A stretch of DNA of 64,000 nt from Ignavibacteria bacterium (GTDB taxonomy: Bacteria > Bacteroidota > Ignavibacteria > Ch128b): contig JABLYA010000001.1 in the NCBI GenBank assembly GCA_013177855.1, positions 417,231 through 481,230 on the forward strand, in the 5' to 3' direction. Below the pieces are notes generated by a model, which made no database searches, was not told the origin of the DNA, and worked only from the letters and a program-made list of their open reading frames with translations. Below, piece by piece: positions 1 through 10,282 of this stretch. Every line of letters starts with the position of its first letter. The stretch's first letter is position 1. A program made the position numbers and the translations under genes.

Positions 1-709
1 ATGAGCCATCTTTATCAACTGATTCTTCAGTTTTAATTTTAGCTCCTTCACTAACAACAACGATACTAAAGTTCTTTCCTCTTTCATGTCTTTTCTTGAT
101 AATATTTGCAACCTCATCAAGATCGAAAGGTCTCTCAGGAATTAAAATCACATCTGCACCACCAGCAAGTCCAGCATATAAAGCAATCCAGCCAGCATGA
201 CGACCCATAACTTCAACAACGATAACTCTATTGTGACTTTCTGCTGTTGTGTGGAGTCGATCAATTGCTTCCATCGCAATGTTGACAGCAGTATCAAAAC
301 CGAATGTAAAATCTGTTGCGTTCAGATCGTTATCAATTGTTTTTGGAATACCGACGACTTTAATTCCCTTTTCGGAGAGTTTGTATGCAACTCCTAAAGT
401 GTCTTCTCCACCAATTGCACAAATTACATCGATATTAAATTTTTCTAAATTTTCTCGAAGTTTTTGTTCACCTTCAGGGACTTTGAATGGATTAGTTCTG
501 GAAGTTCCAAGTATAGTCCCGCCACGATGAAGAATTCCACTGATTGAATTTAAATCTAAAGGTTCGATTGTGCCTTCAATCAAACCTTTCCATCCATTGC
601 GAATGCCCTGACAACTATAACCGTAATTTAATGCTTTTCTCACCACAGCTCTAATAACGGCATTAAGTCCAGGGCAATCACCACCACCAGTTAGAATACC
701 AATGTTCAT
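1..709 (-). CDS. pfkA: 6-phosphofructokinase (partial; 3' end runs off the window start; missing from ORF track)
   Basis: Manual minus-strand translation from ATG 709 gives MNIGILTGGGDCPGLNAVIRAVV...GGTILGTSRTNPF...AIGGEDTL...GIPKTIDNDL...GFDTA...EVMGRHAGWIA; GGAG SD upstream. Confidence 0.95.
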   Translation of the reverse strand, partial: MNIGILTGGGDCPGLNAVIRAVVRKALNYGYSCQGIRNGWKGLIEGTIEPLDLNSISGILHRGGTILGTSRTNPFKVPEGEQKLRENLEKFNIDVICAIGGEDTLGVAYKLSEKGIKVVGIPKTIDNDLNATDFTFGFDTAVNIAMEAIDRLHTTAESHNRVIVVEVMGRHAGWIALYAGLAGGADVILIPERPFDLDEVANIIKKRHERGKNFSIVVVSEGAKIKTEESVDKDGS

Positions 710-740
710 TTTTCAACTCCTCTATTTGTTTAACATTGAT

Positions 741-2933
741 TCATTTTATTACTTTTAGTTTAGCATATTTAACCATTAAATGCTTTCTTACACCACTATT
801 AAATTCTACGATTACTTTTTGATAATCACCATATCCATCGAGATAAACCACTCTTCCTTTTCCAAAAACATCATGCTCAACGATAGAACCAGGCTTTATT
901 TGTTTTGAAATCTGAGAATACTCATAATCTTCAAATGGATCAACCTGACTAAATTCGTCAGTAATTATACTTCTACTTTCTAAATTTTTCTTCAAATAAA
1001 TTTCAGCAAGTGGAGTAGCCGAAATGTCAACAAATGTTTTATCTATTTCTTCGATAAATCTTGAATGAATTTGCGGATAGGAATTTCCAAACCTGTTTCT
1101 ATTTCTTGCGTAACTAATGAATAAATGTTTTTTCGCTCGAGTACAACCGACATAGAAAAGTCTTCGCTCTTCCTCGATATCCTCAATTTCGCCATCTCTT
1201 TTAAGCGGGAGTAATCCTTCTTCACATCCAACAATAAACACAACATCGAACTCAAGTCCTTTGGCTGAATGTAATGTCATAAGCACTATCGCGTTTTTAC
1301 GATCTTCCCAATTATCAATATCAGCAATAAGCGATATTTCAGAAAGATAATCTACCAAAGTTTTATCTGAATTTGCAGCTTGAAATTCTTGAATTGAATT
1401 TAGTAATTGAATGATGTTTTCATAACGCTGGATTGAGTCTTCTGTCCCCTCTTCCTTAAATAATTGTAAGATGCCAATTTCATCTATTAATGTTTTGATA
1501 ACTGAATAAAAATCTGATTGATTAACTAAATCCTGATATTTTATGATTAATTCATAAAATGCTTTGAAATTTTTCTTTATTCTATCGGATACATTTTCAG
1601 AATTAATTAAATCTGGAATAGCTAAGAACAAAGATTTTTCTCTTTGTAAAGCAATAGTTCTTAATGTTTCAATCGAGACATCACCAATTCCCCTGGCTGG
1701 GAAATTTACAACTCGTAAAAAGCTTTCATCATCTTTTGGATTAACTAACAACTTAAGATAAGCAAGAACATCCTTAACTTCTTTTCTTTTATAAAATTCA
1801 ACTCCACCTACAATGACATAAGGTATTGAACTTTTTATTAATGTTTCCTCAAAATATCTTGATTGAGCGTTTGTCCGATAAAGTATAGCAATATCTCTAG
1901 GATTATATTTTTTTGAATTTATTAACTCGACAATTTTCTTTGCGATATAATTTGCTTCATCTCTTTCATCAAAACAGACAGTCACAGTAACTTTTTCGCC
2001 TTGCTCGTTGCTTGTCCATAAAGTTTTTTCAATTTGATAAACATTGTTTTTGATAACTGAATCAGCTACAGCCAGTATTGATTTGGTTGATCTATAATTT
2101 TGTTCAAGTCGAATGATTTTGGTTTCAGGGAAGTCTTTATTAAAATCTAAAATATTTCTGACCTCAGCTCCACGCCATTTGTAAATACTCTGTGCATCAT
2201 CACCGACACAACATATATTTTTATTATCGTTCACTAACATCTTCAGGAGATAATATTGAGCAACATTTGTATCCTGATATTCGTCGACAAGAATGTAATT
2301 AAATCTTTCTCGGTATTCTTGCAAAAGTTCAGGATAATTTGAAAACAATTCTATTGGTTTAATGAGAAGATCATCAAAATCCATTGCGTTTGAATTTTTA
2401 AGACGCCTGTTATATTCCTCGAAAATTTCTGAAAGCTTTTTATTATATGAACCGAAGAATTTTTCAAACCCATTTTCTTTGAAAAGCAATTTATTTTTTG
2501 CTTTTGAAATAACATTTTGAATGAATCTGGGTGAAAGATGATTTTCTGAAATGTTAAAATCTTTTAATATACCTTTTATTACATTTTCTTGATCATCAGT
2601 ATCATAGATGGAATAATCTTTCGAATAACCAATTAAATGTGCTTCTCGTCTTAGAATTCGTGCAAATATTGAATGAAAAGTCCCCATAAAAATGTAATCA
2701 GCTCTTTTGCCAACGAGATTGCGAATTCGTTCTTTCATCTCGCTGGCTGCTTTATTTGTAAAAGTTAAAGCAAGAATTGATGAAGGCGAAATACCAAGTG
2801 AAATTAAATATGCAATTCGATAAGTTAAAACTAATGTTTTCCCACTCCCAGCACCAGCAACGACAAGAACCGGACCTTCAGTTGTAGTTACTGCCTCTTT
2901 TTGTTTTGGATTTAATCTATCAAGATTTATCAA
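741..2933 (-). CDS. pcrA: ATP-dependent DNA helicase PcrA/UvrD
   Basis: AGAGSGKT Walker A, LVDEYQDTN, VGDDAQSIY, LEQNYRST, TLHSAKGLEF, EERRLFYV, C-terminal Tudor-like domain. Confidence 0.95.
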   Translation of the reverse strand: MINLDRLNPKQKEAVTTTEGPVLVVAGAGSGKTLVLTYRIAYLISLGISPSSILALTFTNKAASEMKERIRNLVGKRADYIFMGTFHSIFARILRREAHLIGYSKDYSIYDTDDQENVIKGILKDFNISENHLSPRFIQNVISKAKNKLLFKENGFEKFFGSYNKKLSEIFEEYNRRLKNSNAMDFDDLLIKPIELFSNYPELLQEYRERFNYILVDEYQDTNVAQYYLLKMLVNDNKNICCVGDDAQSIYKWRGAEVRNILDFNKDFPETKIIRLEQNYRSTKSILAVADSVIKNNVYQIEKTLWTSNEQGEKVTVTVCFDERDEANYIAKKIVELINSKKYNPRDIAILYRTNAQSRYFEETLIKSSIPYVIVGGVEFYKRKEVKDVLAYLKLLVNPKDDESFLRVVNFPARGIGDVSIETLRTIALQREKSLFLAIPDLINSENVSDRIKKNFKAFYELIIKYQDLVNQSDFYSVIKTLIDEIGILQLFKEEGTEDSIQRYENIIQLLNSIQEFQAANSDKTLVDYLSEISLIADIDNWEDRKNAIVLMTLHSAKGLEFDVVFIVGCEEGLLPLKRDGEIEDIEEERRLFYVGCTRAKKHLFISYARNRNRFGNSYPQIHSRFIEEIDKTFVDISATPLAEIYLKKNLESRSIITDEFSQVDPFEDYEYSQISKQIKPGSIVEHDVFGKGRVVYLDGYGDYQKVIVEFNSGVRKHLMVKYAKLKVIK

Positions 2934-3043
2934 GCTGATTTCCTGTATTAGTTATACCAATAAAGCAATTTTAATTTACAAATATAAGATTAAAGTAAAT
3001 TTTAAATGACAGAATTTTTAATAAAAATCGTTCAACAAACAAT

Positions 3044-3086
3044 AAAAAAGTTGTCATCCATAAACAAACGTTACGGATGACAACTT
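3044..3086 (-). terminator. Intrinsic terminator ending the 12-gene envelope operon
   Basis: 12-bp inverted repeat AAGTTGTCATCC (3048-3059) / GGATGACAACTT (3075-3086) followed by a T-tract on the minus strand. Confidence 0.8.
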
Positions 3087-3165
3087 GAAACGAAAAATTT
3101 CTAAAGAATGAATAAACAAAGCGCCTGATTGAAAGAAAACAACCAGACGCTAAACATTATAAAAA

Positions 3166-5901
3166 TTATTTCAGCATCATCATTTTCATTGTCTTTACAA
3201 ACTTACCAGCTACCATTCGATAAATGTAAATACCACTCGAAACTCTTGAACCATAATTGTTTGTTCCGTCCCATTCAACACTATGATAACCTGGTCTTAA
3301 TTCTTCATTTATTAAAGTTTTAACTTCTCGTCCTAAAACATCATAGACTTTAATTGTGACTTTTTCTGCAACCGGCAAACCAAATCTGATTATTGTACTC
3401 GGGTTGAATGGATTCGGGAAGTTTTGACTCAAGAAGAATGTATTTGGAACAACATTCGGATCAATCACACTAACCTGTCCTGATGCTTCCTGGAGAATTA
3501 TTGCATCTGCACGAGTTACGAAACTATCCTGTAATGCACGATTAACTACACTATCTTGATAATAAATATTTACTTCATTATGGTCATTAATCAATTTAAT
3601 ATTTCCAAATATAGTTCCACCGCCATACATATCCTGGCCACCTCTTAAGAATATATATCGACCTAAATAAATTCTACCATTGGATGGAACATCACCACCA
3701 TAAGCAGTTGAGTTTTGATTCTTCTTTACAATAGTTGTTCCCTGAGTATGGTTAATTTCATAAACAGCAACTGGGTTTCCAGTGCTTGAACCGGCTGGAA
3801 CAACTGCCCAAACATCGAAGCTGTCTGGTTCAACGGGTGGATGTCCAGGTTTTGATGGAAATCTTGGGAACCACTGAATAAATCTTAATGGATCGTTTGG
3901 AGTTCCGTTATATTGACTTCCATAGATATAGGTAATTAATCTTTGATTGTTAGTTCCGCTGCCAGAGATTCTCTGCCATTGATTGAGGTTAGTTGGATTT
4001 GTTGGATTCCAATCAACGATTGGTGTACTTACATAAGTTGTTGGATCTGAATCATCAACTAAGATATTTGTTCCAACACCCTGACCGGAGAGCGTAATGT
4101 TGATGTATCTGTTATTAACAGTATCATTAGTCCACATTCTCAAGGTTGCTGAATGAAGTCTTATTGAATCAGGTAAGAATGAGATTGTCAGGTTATAAAC
4201 ACCATCAATAGCAGGAAGAGTTAAAGGCTGAGGAGGCATATTTTCAATTACGAAATAAGCACTATCACGACCAATGATCATAATTGAATCAACTACAAGA
4301 GGTGTTTCACCATTGCTTCTGATTTGTAAACCTCTCTGGTAATTAAACTCAGCTTGTCGTATTGAGTCATAGATAGAAACTGAGCCAAAGCTTAATATTC
4401 TATTAGTTGCATCTGCTGATGTAGTTGCTGTCGGTGCAATTGGGAGAAGTCTTACTCTCAACAAATCAGTTCGTAAGAAATTACCACTGGCCTGACCTGG
4501 ATTTTCAAATTTAACATAAGTTACACCACCACCATTCAAATCAAAAACTCTTGTATTATTATCTTGAATTTTTGCCCAAAGAACCGATCCAGTGACCTGT
4601 CTTTCATTAAAGTTGTATACTCTTTGTGTATCAGCAATGAAAGGAGTGACAACTGAGATTGTTGCATTTGTAGCAGCATTTGGAGATCCTGATGGACCAG
4701 AATATTCCATCAAATACTTACCAGCTAAAGTATCTGGTAATTGGAAACCATAAGTTGCTGATGGAAAGTCGGTTGTTCCAGTGTAAACACGGCTATATTG
4801 GTTACCACCTGGAATTGGGAAAATAAAATTAGACTTCGCTGAATTAAGCCATGCTTGAATACCAGTTTCTACATAAGAAGTTGGTTCAGGGGCATTCCAG
4901 TGTGGTTCATTTCCTGAAGAGGCATTCATAATAAAATTATAGTTGATACCCTCACCGCGAACTGGTAAAATGGCTTCAGGTTCATATGGGTCATTACTAT
5001 GAATTACCATTGTATCCTGTGTTGCTTCCTCGCCTTTAGGTGAAAATCTGATAGTTAATTCCGCCTTATCACCAGGTTGCAAAGTTATTGGTAATGGAGT
5101 TATGCATGAGAAACGATTTGTGGAAAAAGTTACATTAGAAATGACTAAATCTGAATCACCTAAATTCCATACTGGAATTTTTTTATCTGAATACTGTCCC
5201 CATTTAAATGTTGTTTGAGGAAAATCTTCAATCATTCTTGTAGTATCGAATGCAGTCATATGACGACGGCCAAATTCAAGATCTGGCCCTGGACCAGGAC
5301 TTCTTAAAACTCTAATAGCATCAACACGCATAAATGCTGGTGTAAGTGTATCAGCACCAATTGTAACAATCAAACCTTTTTGAGCAGCCGGCACATTAAT
5401 TATTCCAAGTGGTTTCCAGCTTCCTGTGGAACCAGTAGTTACATTATTGCTCTGGATATCGTAACGGAAACTGTCAGCAGTTACTCCTTCACCAAATCGT
5501 TTAAAAGTTACATATGCATTACTGGTTGCATTACCAGTAAATCCCATATAATGATAAACAAGATAGTAATCTGAAACAGGAATATTAATATAATATGTAG
5601 CCGAAGCTCCGTTAGGCGAACCAGCTGTTCTTGGTGTTCGTCTATGAGATCCGCCATACCAGGCACTTCCTACATTTGACCACCATCCATCAGTTTCATT
5701 CGGTGTTCCAGCAAGCGGCGCAACTTCGCAATATGTAGAATCATCACACAATACTGTTCCAGGTGCATTCGCAGTATTGTTATCATTCAGGTTATCCACA
5801 GTGATATAATTAGCTGGATCAAGTATCTGCTGTGCCTTTACTGGCAAAGCGATTAAAACAATAAATAAGATTGTTATAAAAAAGTATTTGTTTTGAGCCA
5901 T
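3166..5901 (-). CDS. Secreted multidomain protein: 3 golvesin/xanthan-lyase-CBM-like domains alternating with 2 choice-of-anchor-D/ASH-like Ig domains, plus T9SS type A/FlgD-Ig C-terminal domain
   Basis: Signal peptide; three beta-sandwich modules ending MRVDAIRV, LRTDLLRV and TRADAIIL; two 'N.G...L.(I/V)...F.P...(S/T)ND...G.G' Ig modules; LSQNFPNPFNPSTIIRF...SGIYIYRM...MKMMMLK tail. Confidence 0.75.
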   Translation of the reverse strand: MAQNKYFFITILFIVLIALPVKAQQILDPANYITVDNLNDNNTANAPGTVLCDDSTYCEVAPLAGTPNETDGWWSNVGSAWYGGSHRRTPRTAGSPNGASATYYINIPVSDYYLVYHYMGFTGNATSNAYVTFKRFGEGVTADSFRYDIQSNNVTTGSTGSWKPLGIINVPAAQKGLIVTIGADTLTPAFMRVDAIRVLRSPGPGPDLEFGRRHMTAFDTTRMIEDFPQTTFKWGQYSDKKIPVWNLGDSDLVISNVTFSTNRFSCITPLPITLQPGDKAELTIRFSPKGEEATQDTMVIHSNDPYEPEAILPVRGEGINYNFIMNASSGNEPHWNAPEPTSYVETGIQAWLNSAKSNFIFPIPGGNQYSRVYTGTTDFPSATYGFQLPDTLAGKYLMEYSGPSGSPNAATNATISVVTPFIADTQRVYNFNERQVTGSVLWAKIQDNNTRVFDLNGGGVTYVKFENPGQASGNFLRTDLLRVRLLPIAPTATTSADATNRILSFGSVSIYDSIRQAEFNYQRGLQIRSNGETPLVVDSIMIIGRDSAYFVIENMPPQPLTLPAIDGVYNLTISFLPDSIRLHSATLRMWTNDTVNNRYINITLSGQGVGTNILVDDSDPTTYVSTPIVDWNPTNPTNLNQWQRISGSGTNNQRLITYIYGSQYNGTPNDPLRFIQWFPRFPSKPGHPPVEPDSFDVWAVVPAGSSTGNPVAVYEINHTQGTTIVKKNQNSTAYGGDVPSNGRIYLGRYIFLRGGQDMYGGGTIFGNIKLINDHNEVNIYYQDSVVNRALQDSFVTRADAIILQEASGQVSVIDPNVVPNTFFLSQNFPNPFNPSTIIRFGLPVAEKVTIKVYDVLGREVKTLINEELRPGYHSVEWDGTNNYGSRVSSGIYIYRMVAGKFVKTMKMMMLK

Positions 5902-5914
5902 AGTACCTCCTGAT

Positions 5915-6361
5915 TTATTTTTGTTTTTTTAAAGTTACAACCAAGGTATCAGAAGGTGGTCCAATAAAAGATACTTTGACACCCGTTCTGATATCTGTTT
6001 TGGTTCCAATTGGATAGACCAGATAATAAAGCCTCAAACTGTCCGTAACAGTTGGTAATACAGAATCTGCAAAGGTATATTTCTGATAATTAGAAACTAT
6101 GATTTTAAAATTATCTGGATACTTTTGAGAACGATAAATTTCAAAATATCTTAAATTAGAAGTATCGGGCAACTCCCAGCTCATCACAACTCTTCGCTTG
6201 CCTGTCAATGTTGTATCTACTGCGTCAACTTTAAAGTTGGTTACTTTCGGAACTATTGAAAAATGGTAAGGGGATATTAAATCTTCGGTTTTTGAACAAC
6301 CCATAACTATTAGTGTCAAGATAAAGATTATAAGAATATATTTTTTCATACCTGCCTTCAT
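5915..6361 (-). CDS. Small lipoprotein with one FN3-like domain
   Basis: Lipobox IVMGC; VVMSWELP...YFEIYRS...YTFADS...YYLVY FN3 pattern. Confidence 0.65.
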   Translation of the reverse strand: MKAGMKKYILIIFILTLIVMGCSKTEDLISPYHFSIVPKVTNFKVDAVDTTLTGKRRVVMSWELPDTSNLRYFEIYRSQKYPDNFKIIVSNYQKYTFADSVLPTVTDSLRLYYLVYPIGTKTDIRTGVKVSFIGPPSDTLVVTLKKQK

Positions 6362-6936
6362 TAATTTAATGGTATTGCGATTGAAATTAAGTGACCTTTA
6401 TTATAATCTGATTTATAAGAAAATTCGATCGGACCTTTATCTTCTGTCCAGAATAAATAATCAACTAAATTCAATGACCACACAAAAATTGTCGCTGCAG
6501 TAAAAATATTTCTTGCTTTTTCGTGCATCTTTTGTTCATCGCGAACGCTCACCATTTGTTTCCAATAATAATCTGCAAGCGTAAATCTGTCCGCATTTAG
6601 ATAATCAAACTCTAAACTTTGCAAACGTTCTCTATTCCCAATAAAATTATTTTGTGAGACAATTGCACCAACCAAACCAGTAAAAAATGTAACCGCAAAA
6701 GCAGCACCTTTTGTCTGATGCCCTAAATATATTTGACCACTTCCAGGTACAAAAACACTATATGCAAGTCCTGTGATTCTCCTCGAATCAAATCGGGGTA
6801 ATTGAAAGAGCTCTTTTTTATTCTTATTAGATCTTAACTCTTGATAAATTTGATTTGAAAAATTAGAACCGCTTTGTGCATAGGAAATATTTAAAACTGA
6901 TAAGAACAATACAAGCAAGAATACTTTTTTTATCAT
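6361..6936 (-). CDS. Hypothetical exported/membrane protein (DUF5683-like)
   Basis: Signal peptide; SVFVPGSGQIYLG...KG and WSLNLVDY motifs typical of this family. Confidence 0.55.
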   Translation of the reverse strand: MIKKVFLLVLFLSVLNISYAQSGSNFSNQIYQELRSNKNKKELFQLPRFDSRRITGLAYSVFVPGSGQIYLGHQTKGAAFAVTFFTGLVGAIVSQNNFIGNRERLQSLEFDYLNADRFTLADYYWKQMVSVRDEQKMHEKARNIFTAATIFVWSLNLVDYLFWTEDKGPIEFSYKSDYNKGHLISIAIPLN

Positions 6937-6945
6937 ACTAACTCT

Positions 6946-8817
6946 CTACTTAATTAGAACAAATTTTTTAATTAGAGACCTACCGGTCGTTGTTAGTTTA
7001 TAAAAATATGTTCCACTCGAAATATTGTAAAGTGATGAATTAAATTCAACTTCATACTTCCCTGGTGTTTGATAATCATTAATTAAATCAGCGATTTTTT
7101 GTCCGAGCAAATCGAAAATTTCGAGTTTAATTTTCTCTGAGTAGAAAATTTCATAACTAATTTTTGTAGTTCCATTAAATGGATTTGGAAAGTTCTGATA
7201 AAGGATAGCGGTGCTTGGAATATTGGCAAAATCATACTCAACATTTGTTGAGACCATATTAGAAATTTCGCTCTCATTATCAAGTCGATCAAGTGCTGAT
7301 ACGGCATAATAATAGACTTGAGTTGTATCAGTAATTGTATCAAAGAAAAATGTATCAGCAGTTGCAGTTATTTTATAAAGATGAGCTGGATTATTCTGGT
7401 TAATTGGTTCTGTAGCTCTAAAAATATTATAATATTCTGCTACTTCACCATCACTGGCTACCTGAGGTTTATTCCAGATTAACCGATATTTATCAGATGA
7501 AATTTTCTGAACTATTAAATTCGTTGGTTTATTGGGTGGAATAGGATCTTTCCATGGCATCGGCGGAACATTAGCAGGATACTTGAATAGATCCTGAGCA
7601 AGACTATCAAGAAAATTTACTGAATTAACCATACTTCTAAATCTGAAGAAATTAACGCCAGCACCGCCAATTAATCTTGTATAGATAATTTGATTTTTTA
7701 TTTCATTAAAATCTCCAAATGTTGGATCTCCTATTCTATATGCAGCAATCCCCATCCATGCCTGTCTTCCGCTCAGATTATTTTTCCACCAGCTTGCAAC
7801 TTTTGTAAACTCGGGACAAGTCGACATATTCCAGTAAATCTGTGGATTGTGATAATCAATATAACCTTTTGCAGCCCAGGCTTTTGGATCTGATCTTAAT
7901 TGAGAATACAACTCCCAGACAGAACAATTTAATCCCATTGCTGCTGCAGTGTATACTCCCGGAGTTGTCGTACCAATTTTAACCCATGGTTTATATTTCT
8001 TTACTGAATCAGCCACCATTTTCAATAGACGCTCTATATTTAAACGAGCGAAATCATTTCGATTTAAATTCCATGGATTTCCATTTGCTGAATCAGTCCT
8101 GTTTGTAAACCAATAATTTGAGGCATCACCATATAGAAGAGCTTCATTTCCTAGATCAGTATAACGAATAAAATCAAAATGAATTCCATCTACATTGTAA
8201 TTTTTTACAATTTCTGTTGCAACATTTGCGATATGGGCTCGAACAGCTGGATTTCCAGGATCAAAGAAAAATCCGCCATCGCTTTTCATCTGACCTGTTG
8301 AAGTTTTCGCGAACCATTCTGTTTTCCAGTATCTTTTACCATCAGAACTATCTTTGATCGCCGGGTGTCTTGGAAATGAAATCACATTCAGATATCCTGG
8401 CAGAGTATCATTAAGAACATAAAATGTATTTATCCATGCATGAACTTCAATATTATGCTGCTTAGCTCTTGAAATCATTTCTGAAAGAGGATTATAACCA
8501 GGACTCAAACCTAAATTATTCGGATCAACACAAGGGCTGAAGCAAGTTAAATTAGATGCCCAAGGTAAAAAATTAGATGAGTAATAAGCATCACCACGTG
8601 CACTCACCTGAAAGACAATTGTATTAATATTGGCTCTTCTACAGGCATCCACAAAAGATTGAATTTCGGCCCTTTGAGCTTGAACTCCCTGTGTTGTGGG
8701 GAAATCTAATCTTCCAGCTGTTGCAATCCAGACTGCTCTAACCTCTCTTCGCTGAGCTTCAAGAAAATTAAAAAGTGAGATCGAGAACAAAATTGCTAAA
8801 ATTAAAAGCTGTCTCAT
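6946..8817 (-). CDS. Glycosyl hydrolase-like family 10 (GHL10, YddW/DigH-like) + FN3 + T9SS type A C-terminal domain
   Basis: EVRAVWIAT, NTIVFQV...GDAYY, IEVHAWIN, FFDPGNPAVR, YNVDGIHFDFIRY, PQIYW; YYYAVSALDRLDNES FN3; QNFPNPFN tail. Confidence 0.9.
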   Translation of the reverse strand: MRQLLILAILFSISLFNFLEAQRREVRAVWIATAGRLDFPTTQGVQAQRAEIQSFVDACRRANINTIVFQVSARGDAYYSSNFLPWASNLTCFSPCVDPNNLGLSPGYNPLSEMISRAKQHNIEVHAWINTFYVLNDTLPGYLNVISFPRHPAIKDSSDGKRYWKTEWFAKTSTGQMKSDGGFFFDPGNPAVRAHIANVATEIVKNYNVDGIHFDFIRYTDLGNEALLYGDASNYWFTNRTDSANGNPWNLNRNDFARLNIERLLKMVADSVKKYKPWVKIGTTTPGVYTAAAMGLNCSVWELYSQLRSDPKAWAAKGYIDYHNPQIYWNMSTCPEFTKVASWWKNNLSGRQAWMGIAAYRIGDPTFGDFNEIKNQIIYTRLIGGAGVNFFRFRSMVNSVNFLDSLAQDLFKYPANVPPMPWKDPIPPNKPTNLIVQKISSDKYRLIWNKPQVASDGEVAEYYNIFRATEPINQNNPAHLYKITATADTFFFDTITDTTQVYYYAVSALDRLDNESEISNMVSTNVEYDFANIPSTAILYQNFPNPFNGTTKISYEIFYSEKIKLEIFDLLGQKIADLINDYQTPGKYEVEFNSSLYNISSGTYFYKLTTTGRSLIKKFVLIK

Positions 8818-8818
8818 T

Positions 8819-10282
8819 TTATCTCTTTCTTTCAGAAACGTACTGAATTAAGTTTTGGCCAAAATTCAAAGCTTCTGTACTTTCTGTTTTTTCATGCCAG
8901 AGAGCCACATAACCTTTATTCGAAATAATTGCAACAAGTTTTCCATCAACAAAAAGTCCGTCAATCACATCATTTTTACCGACTTTTGGATTAACATCAT
9001 CATATCCTTTTGGAAGCTGATAGAAATTATTTGGTGATTTAAATATTGGATGATCAATGGAAATTCTTTTTATTTCACTTTTACCCTGCAAGCGATTAGA
9101 AATCTGGGTTGTTATATCTAACATTGTTTGATAATATGGCCAATCCGCAGTTACAAATGCATTATCAAAAAAGATTACACCACCATTTTGAATTACCTTT
9201 GCTAGTTTATCAAACATTACAGAACTTACATCTGGTTTTCCGTATCCGCCAATTAGGATTACAAGATTTGCTTTATTTACATCCAGAGCATCAACTGTGG
9301 CTCTTGAGAATTGGCAATTTGCTGTGCCTTTGGAGTTCACATATCTGACAAGTTCCGGGATTGCTTCAGGGAATGGATTCCAGGTTTCCAATGCCTGATA
9401 TCTTGATTCCGAAGAAGTGTATTGCAATTGAACAATATTAATCTCTTTTGCTTTTTTCAGAGTGTCAGATTTTTGAACACCAGTTGTATCGAAAGTTCTT
9501 ACACCAGCAACCCAATTTTTATCAAGCTTAGTTTTTCTAAAGTAAAATGAATAATTAGCAAATTTATCAGGTTCATTATTCTCGTTATAACCAAGGATAA
9601 ATTTTCTAAGTGTTAGCTTAATTCGATCGACCGATTCATCTAAAGGATCAAAGACAATGAAACCTTCACGATAGTCACCAGCATAAATTGGTTTTCCGTA
9701 AGTCAACATAGTCCGTCGGACAATTCCCATCCTTGATTCAAAAACATCATCATCAATACCGCTTGAACCTTTTCGCTTTAAGAAATACTCTTCAATACTT
9801 TGATAACGAGCATCTTTCTTTTCTCTACCATATGCGTTTAATTTATCTCCGCGATCTGTTTCGAGTAAAGCTTCTTCAGGATCGATGTTAATCTTTGAGC
9901 TTGTATAATTATAAACTGTTACCTTAAAGACAGTGAACCTTTGAGGTGTGTAACCCTTTTCTGGATCAATCCAATCTCCATAAGTGTAAGGATTTTTCGA
10001 ATAGAAGCCGCCCTTTGAATCTTCAGGAAATTCGAAAGTATTCAGCTGATAGTCTGTCATATATTTGACTTCAATTTTGAAATCTTTTTTATCCATTATG
10101 ATAGTCAAACTGTCTTTAGAAAATCTGTAGGTTGAATCACAGAAAAATAAAGTGTTTTCCCTATCTGGAATGAACATAAATTCTTCTCTTTCGGGCGGCA
10201 TAAAAATGTATCTATAGACGGAGTCACACCCAGTTAAAAACACTAAAGATAGAATTACGAATAGTAAAATTTTCTTTTTCAT
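8819..10282 (-). CDS. Lipoprotein with N-terminal Ig-like domain and C-terminal DUF4159-like domain
   Basis: Lipobox FLTGC; C-terminal WNPFPEAIPELV...QNGGVIFFDN...ISIDHPIF...GLFVDGKLVAIIS.KGY...FGQNLIQY. Confidence 0.7.
   Translation of the reverse strand: MKKKILLFVILSLVFLTGCDSVYRYIFMPPEREEFMFIPDRENTLFFCDSTYRFSKDSLTIIMDKKDFKIEVKYMTDYQLNTFEFPEDSKGGFYSKNPYTYGDWIDPEKGYTPQRFTVFKVTVYNYTSSKINIDPEEALLETDRGDKLNAYGREKKDARYQSIEEYFLKRKGSSGIDDDVFESRMGIVRRTMLTYGKPIYAGDYREGFIVFDPLDESVDRIKLTLRKFILGYNENNEPDKFANYSFYFRKTKLDKNWVAGVRTFDTTGVQKSDTLKKAKEINIVQLQYTSSESRYQALETWNPFPEAIPELVRYVNSKGTANCQFSRATVDALDVNKANLVILIGGYGKPDVSSVMFDKLAKVIQNGGVIFFDNAFVTADWPYYQTMLDITTQISNRLQGKSEIKRISIDHPIFKSPNNFYQLPKGYDDVNPKVGKNDVIDGLFVDGKLVAIISNKGYVALWHEKTESTEALNFGQNLIQYVSERKR

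Noticed and set aside
197..530. Plus-strand ORFs 197-397 and 249-530
   Set aside because: Antisense shadows of pfkA, which occupies 1-709 on the minus strand
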